Assembly (NCBI GenBank): GCA_023231475.1
Contig: JALJEE010002015.1
Coordinates: forward strand, 1-47,936
Length of the DNA stretch: 47,936 nt
Origin: Seison nebaliae
Taxonomy: Eukaryota
Reading direction: 5' to 3'
The position numbers and the translations under genes are program-made. This document shows, piece by piece, positions 12,617 through 24,426 of the stretch (position 1 is the first letter of the stretch; every line of letters starts with the position of its first letter). The notes beneath the pieces were generated by a model. That model saw nothing but the letters and a program-made list of their open reading frames with translations, had not been told where the DNA came from and searched no databases.

Positions 12617-14510
12617 TCAATTATTGGAAGTTTGGAAACAAATTCTTTTCGTGATATTATGAGCACGTTCGTAAGCCAATCGTTTCCTCTCGTTACTTTT
12701 CTCCTTTTCATGTTCATCTGCCGCTGCTAGTACAATGTCTGTGATGGATTTGAAACATTCTTCATTATCAGTTCGATTGATTATAGGACTCGATATTTTC
12801 GTCGTCTATTTGATATATGATTAATTTAATGGAAGAATGAGGAATAATAAACGGCAGAATATTTCTTCAATTTCTCTTGATAGTAGTTGTGGAAAGGATG
12901 ATTGAATCTTAAAAATTCATATTTCATATCTCGATTATCTTCGGAGAAAAGTAATTTCTAATTTGAGAATTAGAGAAGAAATAAAAAAAAAATATAATTA
13001 ACTTCTTCATGAGATTTACCTTTGTTAGAAATTAGTTGAGCTATGGAATCGATGAATGGTTGAGTATCAGGAGTTGGTGGTATCAGATGTTTTGTATTTG
13101 GTAGTCGGATAGTCTCCTGTAAATTATTCAATAACTTCCCATATGATGTGGAAGTTATATCGATTTTATTTTGATCTTCAATTGTTGATGAAATTGGTTT
13201 CTCTCCAAATAATTTCGATTTTAATTCTTCAAAAGAAATTATTTGAAGAATAATTTTGATTAGTCGATAGAAACAATGGAGTTCGATATAAGACGAGGAA
13301 AGAAATCGGAAATATTTATTCTCCTTTTGTCTCAGTTTGAGTAATAATTCAAATTGTGTTAAAGTTCCATGAGATGTCTTCCGCCATGAATCTTTCTCTT
13401 CCTTCACTACCGTATCAGCTGTTTTCATCAATATTTCTAACTCTTTACGACAGATGATTGGAAGACATTCACATTTCAGATTATGTTCTTTCAATAGACA
13501 ATGGAAAGTTTCCGGATATTTATAATCAGTTTCTACTTCTTCATTTCTCTCTTTCAATTTATCATAATCGAACGGTATTTCGTTCACTATTCTTCGATTT
13601 TTCTCATGATCTAATTTGAAAATTATTGAGAAATTAATTTGAAGTTAATGACATTTAAACTAAAATTTAACTTTCATCATAATCATCATCATTTTGTTGT
13701 GATTTGTTAATTGAATTTAGTATTCGGTAATAATCGGCGTATCTCTCTCCATCGAATTGTGAATCAGTTTCGTTAGTTCGGAAGGAATTGTCGAGACGTT
13801 CAACATCCTCCAACTTCAATTGATGACGACAATCAAATCTATAACGATCAGTTTCCGAGAGGGAAGGGAGATAAGAAGAAAATGAAATTTTATTTGGAAA
13901 GATGGTGAAAGAGAGAAAGAAAGTTTTGAGAAATGATTTAGAATAGATTTATACTTCCTGTTCAAATATTGGTTTGGTGAGAATGTGATGGAATGAATCA
14001 TCATCAATTATATTTCCATTAAAATCATCATTCTAAATCCTCCAATCTAAAATATTGGTCCGAATATCGTTTCCTTAATTGGAATTCATCTGAATATTTT
14101 CAGACGACCGAAAATGTTATTTTTTAAATTAATTTTATATAAATAATTTCAAAATGTTTCAACGAGAAATATGATAAAATTTATTATGTGGACGGAGATG
14201 TTGGAGAATCGTTTATTTATTTGGAATAACATTGGATTAGAGAAGAGAATGAATGATATTCAAATTATTTGTAAAATACTCACCTATCCAATAAAATGGA
14301 ATCGTCTTCGGTCCAAGGAAGTAACTGGGAAGAATAATCGAAATATTTCTCATGTTCGTCGTTCGTCAAAAGCGGCACATTCTTCCCTTCAATACTCAAA
14401 TTCATATCGCCCATCAGTTCTGATGGAGGTGAATTAATGAAACTTTTAATGTCGTCTCCTAGAAAGAGGGGGAAAGTTGAGAAAATAGAGAATTGGACAG
14501 AAAAAGACAT
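12617..14510 (-). CDS. SFSWAP: Splicing factor suppressor of white-apricot homologue (DRY_EERY domain + 2 SURP domains), ~431 aa, no RS domain; 5 exons
   Basis: The spliced product has LLPWTEDDSILLDR|FDCRHQL...FDGERYADY (DRY_EERY), QFELLLKLRQKENKYFRFL...LHCFY (SURP1), PPTPDTQPFIDSIAQLISNKG...YEFLRFNHPFHNYY (SURP2) and LAAA...KEKSNERKRLA. Introns 13839-14283, 13611-13671, 12958-13002 and 12806-12852 all preserve frame. The start codon is uncertain. Confidence 0.85.
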
Positions 14511-14775
14511 CTTATTCTCTCATACTCTTACTTCAAATAATTTCTCATTTATTCATTATTTGAAATTTATTGATTGGACATTCTCATCATCGGATTAATT
14601 GGAACACGACAGATTGGATGAAAATTAAATGTGAATAATATGTGAAATGAGTCAATGTCATTTGTGTGATGGAAAATTGGGTAGATAATTTTATTAGGAA
14701 ATTTTTCTTTTTTCAGATTGTTTATCATCTTTGGAGAATTAGAGGAAAGACAAGTAGGATTTGTAATAAGAAAAC

Positions 14776-14817
14776 GAGAGAGAGAGAGAGAGAGCGATCT
14801 CGAGAGAGAGAGAGAGA
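14776..14817. repeat. Two (GA)n tracts in the divergent intergenic region between SFSWAP and the ankyrin gene
   Basis: Two (GA)n tracts (~14776-14794 and ~14802-14817) separated by cgatctc are seen directly. Confidence 0.85.
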
Positions 14818-15223
14818 TGGAGAAAAGGAAGTTATTTTTAAAGAGAATTTTTTTCTTTCATAAAAAATTTCAAATTTTAAGCTTATCTCTTCAAAGAATT
14901 GAGTAGTTTCACGGATAAATAAATAATCATGTTTTCCCTCACTCCGCCAATGTGAAGGAGAAATTTCAATGAAACTTTACTCATACACACTGTGCTACAT
15001 ATGTTATATCAAATACTCATTCATCGATGATGGTAAAGTGATTGAGAGTTGTTGACAATTGAATTGATGAGGAGGATCTCGTGGCGGAAAATTTTCTGTT
15101 CATCATATTTGTTAACGATTATTAATTTAACTTTCATGTTAACAAGAAGGGAGAAGTTGATGAATAGTTAAGATTTAGGAGAAATTAAATAAAATCATCA
15201 TGTGGTGAGGAGAAAGTGACGTC

Positions 15224-18200
15224 ATGAATTTAACAATGAAAAGAAAATCTTTAAAATTAAAATTGGACAAAGTGAAGAATGAGATGAATGTTCGGAATTC
15301 TCAAGGTTTACCAACTACATCTTCCAATAATAACAACAATAATAATAATAATAATAAGGAATTATTAAACGAATGGAATTCATTACCGACAATTCATCGT
15401 GCAATTTATCGGAAATATTCGGTGAAAGAATTGGAGAAATTAATTGAGAATGATGGAAATCTTTTCGATTATGATCATCAGAGACGAACGTGTTTACATG
15501 TGGCAATTGAGGAATCGTCATCAGACGAAGTGATCAATTGGATACTTCGGAAAGGATTGAGAATAAATGCAAAGGAGCGACTTCATCTCGCCACTCCATT
15601 ACATTTGGCATGTCGTATGAATAATGTGGATGGAGTTCGTTGCCTTATTCAATGTTCTGTTGATGTGGCATTAAATGGTGAACAATCGAATTATCCAAAA
15701 ACTTCATTAATCGACTTTTCAGCGCGTGATGATATGATGAGAACATGTGCACACATTTGTGCACTAAATACTAATTCGGTGGAATGTCTCAAATTGATTT
15801 TGGAATCGTCGAATATCGTTCTGGAACAGAATGATCAGAATGGAATGTTACCATTCCATTTAGCCACTTTGAATGGATCGATCGATGTCATTCGATATTT
15901 GATGACATATAATCCCAATGGAGAACAATTTATTCAAATGGATAATTCAAATAATACACCACTTCATTTAGCCGCGTGGAATGGAAACGTTGAAATGATT
16001 CGTTGTCTCTTCGCAGATGAGAACGAATTGATTGTGAAGAGTTTAATTATGAGAAATAGTTTCGGTTATAATCCTATTCATATCAGTATCATTCATCAAT
16101 ATGGTGATGTGACGAATTTACTTCTGAAATATTATGATGTTTATTATTCATCAATGCCATCATTCACTCCTCTATCTCTCGAAAGTCCTGAAAATGATCA
16201 AACAATTTCCATCACCTCAAATATCGATATCAATGATTTATTGACAGATGATGGTTTAAGTCTCCTCCATTTGATCACTCTCAATTATTCGAATAGATTT
16301 CTGGAGAAACTTCAAGAAGAAAACAGTGAGATAGATGAAATTAATCAGAAGGAATATAATCCGTTTGAATTGTCATCTGATAATTGTGAAATGATGGACA
16401 AGTATGAGAACATGATATTACATTACATTTCCTTCTCGACAACAGACGCCATATTTGAGGAGGAGCAAATGAGAGATGTTAATTCGTCTCATTCAATTGA
16501 ATCGTCAACGGGAAGTCTCTTCCATTTCATTATTTCTAAATTGAGCAAATTGAAAATTTTGAAAAAATGTCTCCTTCATCACAATCGCAATGGATTCAAT
16601 CCTATTCTTTTAGCAGTGGCAAATGGGAATCTGAAGATGATGGATCATCTTTTGAAAATATTGAACGTTCTACTACTCTCCAACACTGACGATGACGATG
16701 ACGATGGTGACGATGATGGAATCGATTTAATTGACAAAGCTTTGACAAATTCTTTGACGAATGAGAATATTTTACATGTGGCAGTCAATTTCCATCATAT
16801 TCACATCGTCAAATATGTTTGTGGAGAATTGATGAGTGGTGATATTGAGTTGGACAATCGACTACTCATCAAATTTCAATGTCTTCTCTCTGAATTTTGT
16901 TTCCAAGGATTTCTTCCCATTCACATTTCAATTCTTCAATTGGATGTCGAATTATTGGACTATCTTCTTCATTATATGTTCTCTCATCTCGATACCACTG
17001 ATCGTGATATAGACATTCTATTTCCTGACAATTCCGATCGAACAATTTTGCATGTTGCAGCCGTTACGGGAGATATGAATTGTATGGATAGAATGAGAGA
17101 ATATTTATTAAATTTAATGAAAGATGAACGATTCTCATTGACTTTCTGGGATGTGTTCTCTCGTCAAGATATTTGTGAGAACACTTTCCTTCATTATGCC
17201 ATTGGAAAATTTGAAGAATTCGATTATATTCTTCAACGATTTCTCGAATTACTCGAATCGACTCCTCAATTGAAAGAATTGATCAAATTGAAAAATTGTC
17301 ATGGGACGACTGTTTACTCACTCGCTTCTTATTTTGATACGAGTGACGGTTATCTTTTAGATTATTTCCATTTTCATGTGAATGAATTGATGTTGGAACG
17401 AGATGTGAGAGGTCGTTCCCCTTTACATTATGCCGTTTTCTCAGATAATGTGGCATTCTATTATCATTTGAAACGAATGTATTTCGGGAATAATTTCAAT
17501 TCGATCATTTTCCATCTTTTATCGATCGAAGGTGATGTATCTCCATTCCATCTGATGGCAATTCTTGATAATGACGCTCTTCTTAAATTAATCACATCCG
17601 AATGTTCCATTGATTTCTCCAAATATATCATGTCCAATCGAATGTCATTAACATCGATACCCGTCAATCTTGTCGATTTAAATAATACCGGAATGGAATG
17701 TTCGTTGATGACATCTGCATTCGAATTATCAATTCTTGTCAATTCTATAACAGTCTCTCTCTTTTTCTTCCAATTTATGAGTAGATGGATATCTGATAAT
17801 TCTTTCCTCGCCAATCGATATGAGATAGTTGAGGAAGATGCTTATAATCTTCTTCATTTCATTTCTTTTAATGGTTCACCTCAATTATTATCCGAATATA
17901 ATACATTTCCTTCATTACAAATGAAATTTAATCATATTCTCTCCACCGATCAATTTGGTCGAACACCTTTCATTCTCGCTTGTGAATGTCAACATCCAAT
18001 CGAATTTTATGAGAAATATCTGGAAATGATTAATCAATTTGAAGAGAACAATAAATCGACTATCAAAATATCAGAAATAATTTCTGATGATAATGCCAAT
18101 TCATCCTCTCTATTTCGAGCAGTTATATTATCCAATGAAGATTTATCAAATTTTCTCTTATATCATCATCCTTCACTTCTTCTTCAACGAGACAATAATG

Positions 18201-19516
18201 GACGAACTTTATTACATTATGCATTTCTCACACAATCTAATTTACCAATATCCATCATTGAACGTTGGTGTGAGGAAGTAGAATCGATGAAAGTCTCATT
18301 AAATGATCACAATAACATTTCTCCATTCATTTGTTTATTAAGAAATAAACATTTGAGAGAAGATAAACAAATCGTAAATTTCTTATCAGAATTATTGGAA
18401 AAATTTAAATTTCTACAAAATCATCTACTTATCAATCATCAATCATCATCATCATCATCATCTACCAAATTGGAATTACATGAATCATGTCTCCTCAATG
18501 ACAATGACATGTTCGACCTCTTCCGAAAATATGTTCAATCGACAAATCTCCTTCAAATTAAAGATGAAAAAGGACGATCGATTTTACATTCTGCCACAAT
18601 CAACGGAAATGTTGAACAATTTAAAAAACTATCTGGACAATTCATGAAAGAGAAAGATGTGGATGATGATAAAGATAATTTTGGTCGAACATATTTAATG
18701 CATTCATTGTACAAGAATCACAAAGAACTGACTCAATATCTTTTGGAAGAAAATGCTAATCCATTCCTACAAGACAATTCTGGTAATACTTCTCTTCATT
18801 ATTCGGTGGAATATGGAGAAGATGAATTCCTTTCCATTTTCCTTATTATGAATTGTGTGAAACATATTTCCTCATATTCCGAGACAAAAACTCAAATTCT
18901 GCCAAATTCTCAACGAACATCTTTATGGAATTACCTCAGTTGTCTATTAAGTCTTTCACGATCGTCAGATGGGAAAACGTTAAAATTTCTCATTTTTTCT
19001 AAAAATTCTTTCAATTTTTTCATATTTCCAGACCGTTACATATAGCAACTGAAAGAAATCTACCTCGTGTCGTTAGAGAATTAGTGAGATGTGGTTCAAA
19101 TATTTGGGCAATAGACAAAAAAAGTTTCTTTCTCTTGTCGACTGAGTGTTTACAGAATTTGTTTATTATTTAAATCAGATCGAATTCCACTTCATTGTTG
19201 TGGAATTGGTGAAGAATTGACGAATGAAGAAAAAGTGAAATGCCAATCAATAGTACGAAGGTTAACAGACGCAATTGTGTATCAATCGACAGTAGCAAGT
19301 ATGAGAATGAAATGCGTTAAATCGAAGGACAATCAACCATTATTTGACGGTGAAGAGGAAGATGATATTCGGAGGATGATGGAATATTTCCCTAATTATT
19401 TTCAACAAATATATTTCATTTTGGGCAACCAAAATAAAAATGGAATTTCCCATGATTGTTTTGATAATGATCTGATGATTACAAATTCGAGTTTTATTTT
19501 CGACGAATCATTCTGA
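15224..19516 (+). CDS. Large ankyrin-repeat protein, ANKRD28/44/52 (PP6 regulatory ankyrin subunit)-like; 3 exons
   Basis: Many ankyrin motifs (TPLHLAC, TPLHLAA, SPLHYAV, TSLHYSV). Introns 18979-19031 and 19124-19178 join GKT|PLHIATERNLPRVVRELVRCGSNIWAIDKK|NRIPLHCC. The N- and C-terminal repeat patterns recall the ANKRD28 family. Confidence 0.8.
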
Positions 19517-22500
19517 TTCATTTTACGAAGTTCATTTGCCATTCCGTTTTATTACTAATCACGAATTGGGAAATAAATTTCTTTTAATGATAATTTAACA
19601 ATTTATTTATTTTTATTTATTCATTCATATAAGAATCCTCTTTGTTTAATCGGTTGTAAATAAACGTGATAATTCCACTCACTTCATTCTTATATTAATA
19701 ATTATATTATTTGAAATGTCGATTTTTCCATCAATTTTATTTTATTTGATTTTATTGATAAGATAAAATACGAATTCGGGAAATTCTAATTATTAAATTG
19801 ATCGTAATAAATGTTAATTTATCTAATATAACGTTCTTCAAAAGTTAATACGTACTATTAAGTTTTGACTTTTTTTCAAATTCTCAAATTCAAATCTACA
19901 TTTTAGGACGAAATTATTTTTCTTCATAAAAAGATAAAGTGAGTAAACTGACAAGAAAAAGAACTACATCGATAATTTGGTAATAGTTTAATATTCAACT
20001 TAACAATGTTAAGTTAACATTGACAGATATCTTAGAAGTAATACTACATATATAGTAATATTTATATATATATATATATATACGTATAGGCATATAGGAC
20101 ATGTTCGAATTGTGATTGTTAAACGTTCCGTGGAATTTATCTCGGATGCATTTACGAATGGTATTTCTATGGAGGATTGATTTCGATCATTTGTTATAGT
20201 GTCTACCGATTCGTGAATTGGTTCTTTTTAATGGTTTTCCGGTTTAAGAAGACATTGTATATTGAATGGATCCATTAGCGATTGTTAAACCGTGAGAATA
20301 TTAAAAGAACATATAAGGAATATAAGGACCTATAATAAAATCAAAGAATTAATTATATGGTGAATGGAGAAGTATTGGCTTTCTCATTTAGCGAACAAAT
20401 AAAAGAGCTAATTTGCATTTTGTCGATTCATGATTATTTAAATGAATATCAAACTAATTTTTTTTGAATATGAGCAGAAGATAAGGTGTGCAGTTCTTAG
20501 AACGAAGTGACATCAGAAAATTGACGGAACTACTTATGCGTTGGATAATATATAACAATAAATATAAAAAAAATTTCCTATTTTCATTTTACTCTTCGAA
20601 ATTTATTTTGTTTTCAATTTAATGAGAAATGGAACTTTGATACGTACATAAAAGGAAAATTTTTCTATTGTTTAACATCAACTGTTAATGTGATTAAGTG
20701 AATAAGAAAATACTTGAACTAATGAGAGCATAAAAGAAGTTGAAATAATTGTGGATAGTAAAATTGATATTAGTGTTGTATAATCCCTTGACATTTGTGG
20801 AGATAACTGTTATGTAAAAATTTGGAGTGAATGCATGAGAGTATGCATGATTAATCGTGAATAGTACATATGGAGGAATAACTGAAGTAGTTCATGCGTA
20901 TATGCGCGAATGTGAAATAGAAGGAAACAATCGTAGAAAAGGAGAAGGTATTTCTTTCGAAATTGGAGAGAAAGGAGCTGATGGGTGGACAGGAAGATTA
21001 AGTGTTATGTAGGGAATTTGATCATTCCATAAATATTTAGGAATTCCATCATTTCATCTACTGAAATTATTATATGTTGATGAGGGGAGAAACGAAAGGA
21101 GTTTAAGCGGAACACATAGACACATTTATTGTGCACATATCGTGCACGATAGATCCAAATGTGTTTTTTTCTTCCTCATCACGACCTAGTCATCACTATC
21201 CTTCTCTTCTTTCCGTGCCATCTAATAATGTTGACCAAAGATGAAATGAAGAAACAATAAAAATAATGTAATGTAATAATAATATTGAAAGAATTTTAAT
21301 AATGTTAGATGAATGTTACTTTTCAGGCTGTATCTTTTCATCAACATGTCCCTGTCCGGTTGTAGATGAGTAAAAAAATCGATGTTTCACTTTCTTCCTC
21401 CAATTCGTTTCCTTCATTTTCCTTTCCATTTCTTCCAAGTTCAATGGAAACGGAAACTCAGTTTATTTCAGCTCATTCCTCCCAACACAATCCACACACA
21501 TCGACATCTGATTACATCGGTTCTTCATTAACAAGTTGTGACGTTTTCTGCAGCAAACGAAGAAGACGAATATCCAAATTGTTTTAATCAACTTCAATCC
21601 TCTACGTTTCGTTGATGATTGGACAAATTTAATTTGACTCTTCGCCTTTACATCGTCACAAAACATTTCCATGATTCGATTAACTATTCTCTAATCATGC
21701 TCTTCACAATTTAAGTCATGGGAATGACGAATGAGTAATTGTTTTTTGGAGCGGAAGGCGTATAGTATTCAATTAATTATCTCCATATCTTATGTATTAA
21801 AAGTTGTTTGATTCCATCGTATCCGATGGATTCGTCAACTGTCATAAAATGGAAATATTCGCTCCATCAATTGAGACACAATTTAGCAAGAACTATTAGA
21901 ATATTTATCTAATGTTATATTCTCATCATTCGTACGTACGTGTTACGTCACATGCCAATTAACATTAATATAGGAAATAATTTCTTGTTTCCTGTCTGAC
22001 TCTAAAAAGCATGACGATATGTATGTAAATAGAGCGATGTTGGTGCAATAGGAACATATATTTCCATTTTTAATGCAGTATCGTTTAAACCGGAATAATT
22101 GTCGTTTATGTGCTTAGATATAATCAAGGAAATAAAGAGATGTGAATGTCAGAAAATAAGGGAATTTTTTTTCTTATTGGCAGTACGAAAATCAATTTTT
22201 CCTATTTTTAGCGGGAGCAAATCTTTCCTCAACCCCCCTAAGGCACTCTCTTCGTATCTTATCGTTTATTTCGATAATATTTGTTTAATGAATCTTGTTT
22301 GATCATTGTGTGAAACTTCAAACTTTTCATAATTTATATTTCTCCCAAAAAATAAACATTCAAAAATCCATCGACCAAAATGTAAAATATATACAGATAT
22401 CCATTTCTCCCATTTTAAAGTTATATTTAAAGAAAATGAAAATTTTCAAAGAATTTATTGACCAAACTTCACTTCTTAACAATCCATTTTCTGATGAATG

Positions 22501-23136
22501 TTTTTGAATATATCTTAAATGGGAAATTCGATATAGTAAGCGAGAATTGAAGATGATGAGGAAAAAGAAAGGCCTAATGAAGAATTTTGTTTTGGCGGCA
22601 GTTTTCTTAAAAGGCCTTAATGAATTAATTTCATTAAGTTGTTGAGTTATCGGCATTAATGAGACTTTGCTTTTTGCTATATTATTTTTTGGGGAGGCAG
22701 TTCGAATAAGTGAAATTGGAAAGGACGACATGAATGTTTCAGGTCGATAACATGATTGGTAGACAAGGACAAATTGTCAAGAACATAATAAGAATTTTAA
22801 TCTAGCATTAGCTAATCTCTCTAGTAAAATGTGCAATGTTAAAGAGGAAGAATTTCTCGACTATAATTTTTCTTTATACACTTTCGCTAGAAGAATATTA
22901 TATATTTCGATTATTACATTATTTGACACTTCTATTGTACTAATTGAATTAAAATATTGGAATTTCGTGTGTAATAATACATCTTCTCTTGTTCACCAGA
23001 ATTGTTCTCGTTCAACTACCATGTAACAATATTCCACAACAATCGTAGGAGAACATACTAAGACACAATGGGATTTGGGGAATAAGAGGAAATTTGAAGT
23101 GCTACATCTCGTTCCACAGTCAATCGTCAACTTCTG

Positions 23137-23841
23137 ATGGATGAACATCAACTCATTCAACAATCCCCATCAGATGACGACAAGAGCGAATGTGTCAACC
23201 AAATCAACAAACCAGCAAGTGTAGAATTGTCAGAGCCTCATTCGGCATCATTAGTAAAACCGAATTCGAATAATGCTAATAATGAGCAGTATAATGTAGA
23301 AGAATTTCTTCCAATTCTACCAAAGACAATGTCAGAGAATAATCCTGAAAAAGTAGGAAAGAAGAAGAAAGCTCGACAACATACGAAAAAATCGGAGAGC
23401 AAACAAAACAGCAAAAAGAAGAAGAAAAAGAAAAAAAAAAAAACTGGTATGGAAAATTCCGATCCGAATGATACAAATACTGGACAACAAAAAACACAAT
23501 TAGATGATGTTGACGATGAGGAAATGTTACGATCTTATGCCGTAACTTCAATCAAAACTAACGAAATAAAACGGAAAATGATAAGTAAGTTGGTTGGTGC
23601 CGTTTGTATTATCATGTTCGCTACCTGTTTCGCCATTGTCATCATCTCATTGCGAGTCTCTTCCAAAATCGATGAATTAGGTTTCCTTTATTTTATTGTC
23701 TATGATATTTTACATTTGATTGTAGTCCGTCGAAACGGTAATATGAACCATTTTAAATTTATGCCAGATCAGTCAACTGTATTCCAATTTGGTAATTATT
23801 CTTCCATCAACTCAACAACTAATCAAGTGACCGGTGTCTAA
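23137..23841 (+). CDS. Uncharacterised single-pass membrane protein with Lys-rich N-terminal region; probable in-frame 45-nt intron at 23681-23725
   Basis: The ORF has a poly-K tract and a hydrophobic helix LVGAVCIIMFATCFAIVIISL. Removing the GTTTCC..TTGTAG segment gives SSKIDELVRR. Confidence 0.7.
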   Translation: MDEHQLIQQSPSDDDKSECVNQINKPASVELSEPHSASLVKPNSNNANNEQYNVEEFLPILPKTMSENNPEKVGKKKKARQHTKKSESKQNSKKKKKKKKKKTGMENSDPNDTNTGQQKTQLDDVDDEEMLRSYAVTSIKTNEIKRKMISKLVGAVCIIMFATCFAIVIISLRVSSKIDELGFLYFIVYDILHLIVVRRNGNMNHFKFMPDQSTVFQFGNYSSINSTTNQVTGV

Positions 23842-24177
23842 TCTACTACTAACTCATCACCTTCTATCCATTTTCAACTTTATATTTTCTATTTATCTTC
23901 AAAGAAATTTTTTTACCTTCACTTACAATTTTTATCATTTTTTATACGATCAAATGTAAATCTTCATCAAATTAATGGAATTAATTTTTTTATTTAACTA
24001 TCATGTCCCTTAGAATGAACAAAAAGAAATTATAATTTCAATTTACTATAGTCAAAAAAACAATTAGACCGAAATGACCAAAATTGGCGTTTTTAAAATA
24101 AAAACTTCTTCTTTATTTTTTCGAGATGACAAGCAAAAATGAAATTACAATAAATTAAATATGTCTCCTAAGTATTC

Positions 24178-24426
24178 TTATAAAACACTGTCCAGATCAA
24201 ATACGTCCGGAAATTTCTTTAATGGATCCATCGATACCAATGGTTTAGCTGTTGACGTTGTTGTTTTCTTTATCGAGCACGTGTATATTCTCCATCGTCC
24301 TCCGGTTCGGCTCAAACAATAAGTTCTACCTCCGATCTGAAAAAAATATAATGCTTCATTTCCTGGTACTTGACTTGCGATCAGACAGAAGATCAAAATT
24401 GAACACAATATCGATTTATTGTTCAT
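24178..24426 (-). CDS. Small secreted peptide precursor (82 aa), candidate cationic single-disulfide peptide
   Basis: Signal-like MNNKSILCSILIFCLIASQVPGNEA is followed by LYFFQIGGRTYCLSRTGGRWRIYTCSI-KK. TATAAAA lies ~55 bp upstream on the minus strand (~24479-24485). Confidence 0.65.
   Translation of the reverse strand: MNNKSILCSILIFCLIASQVPGNEALYFFQIGGRTYCLSRTGGRWRIYTCSIKKTTTSTAKPLVSMDPLKKFPDVFDLDSVL

Noticed and set aside
14666..14906. ORFs with RERERE runs that might supply the missing RS/RE domain of SFSWAP
   Set aside because: They are translated (GA)n tracts on the opposite strand, upstream of SFSWAP.
21328..21672. Overlapping 73-aa (+) and 69-aa (-) ORFs in a slightly GC-richer patch
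   Set aside because: No recognisable domain or consistent exon chain. Could be UTR or lncRNA, but this cannot be supported.
22239..22246. TAAGGCAC, the start of miR-124
   Set aside because: The rest of the mature sequence does not match and I see no hairpin.
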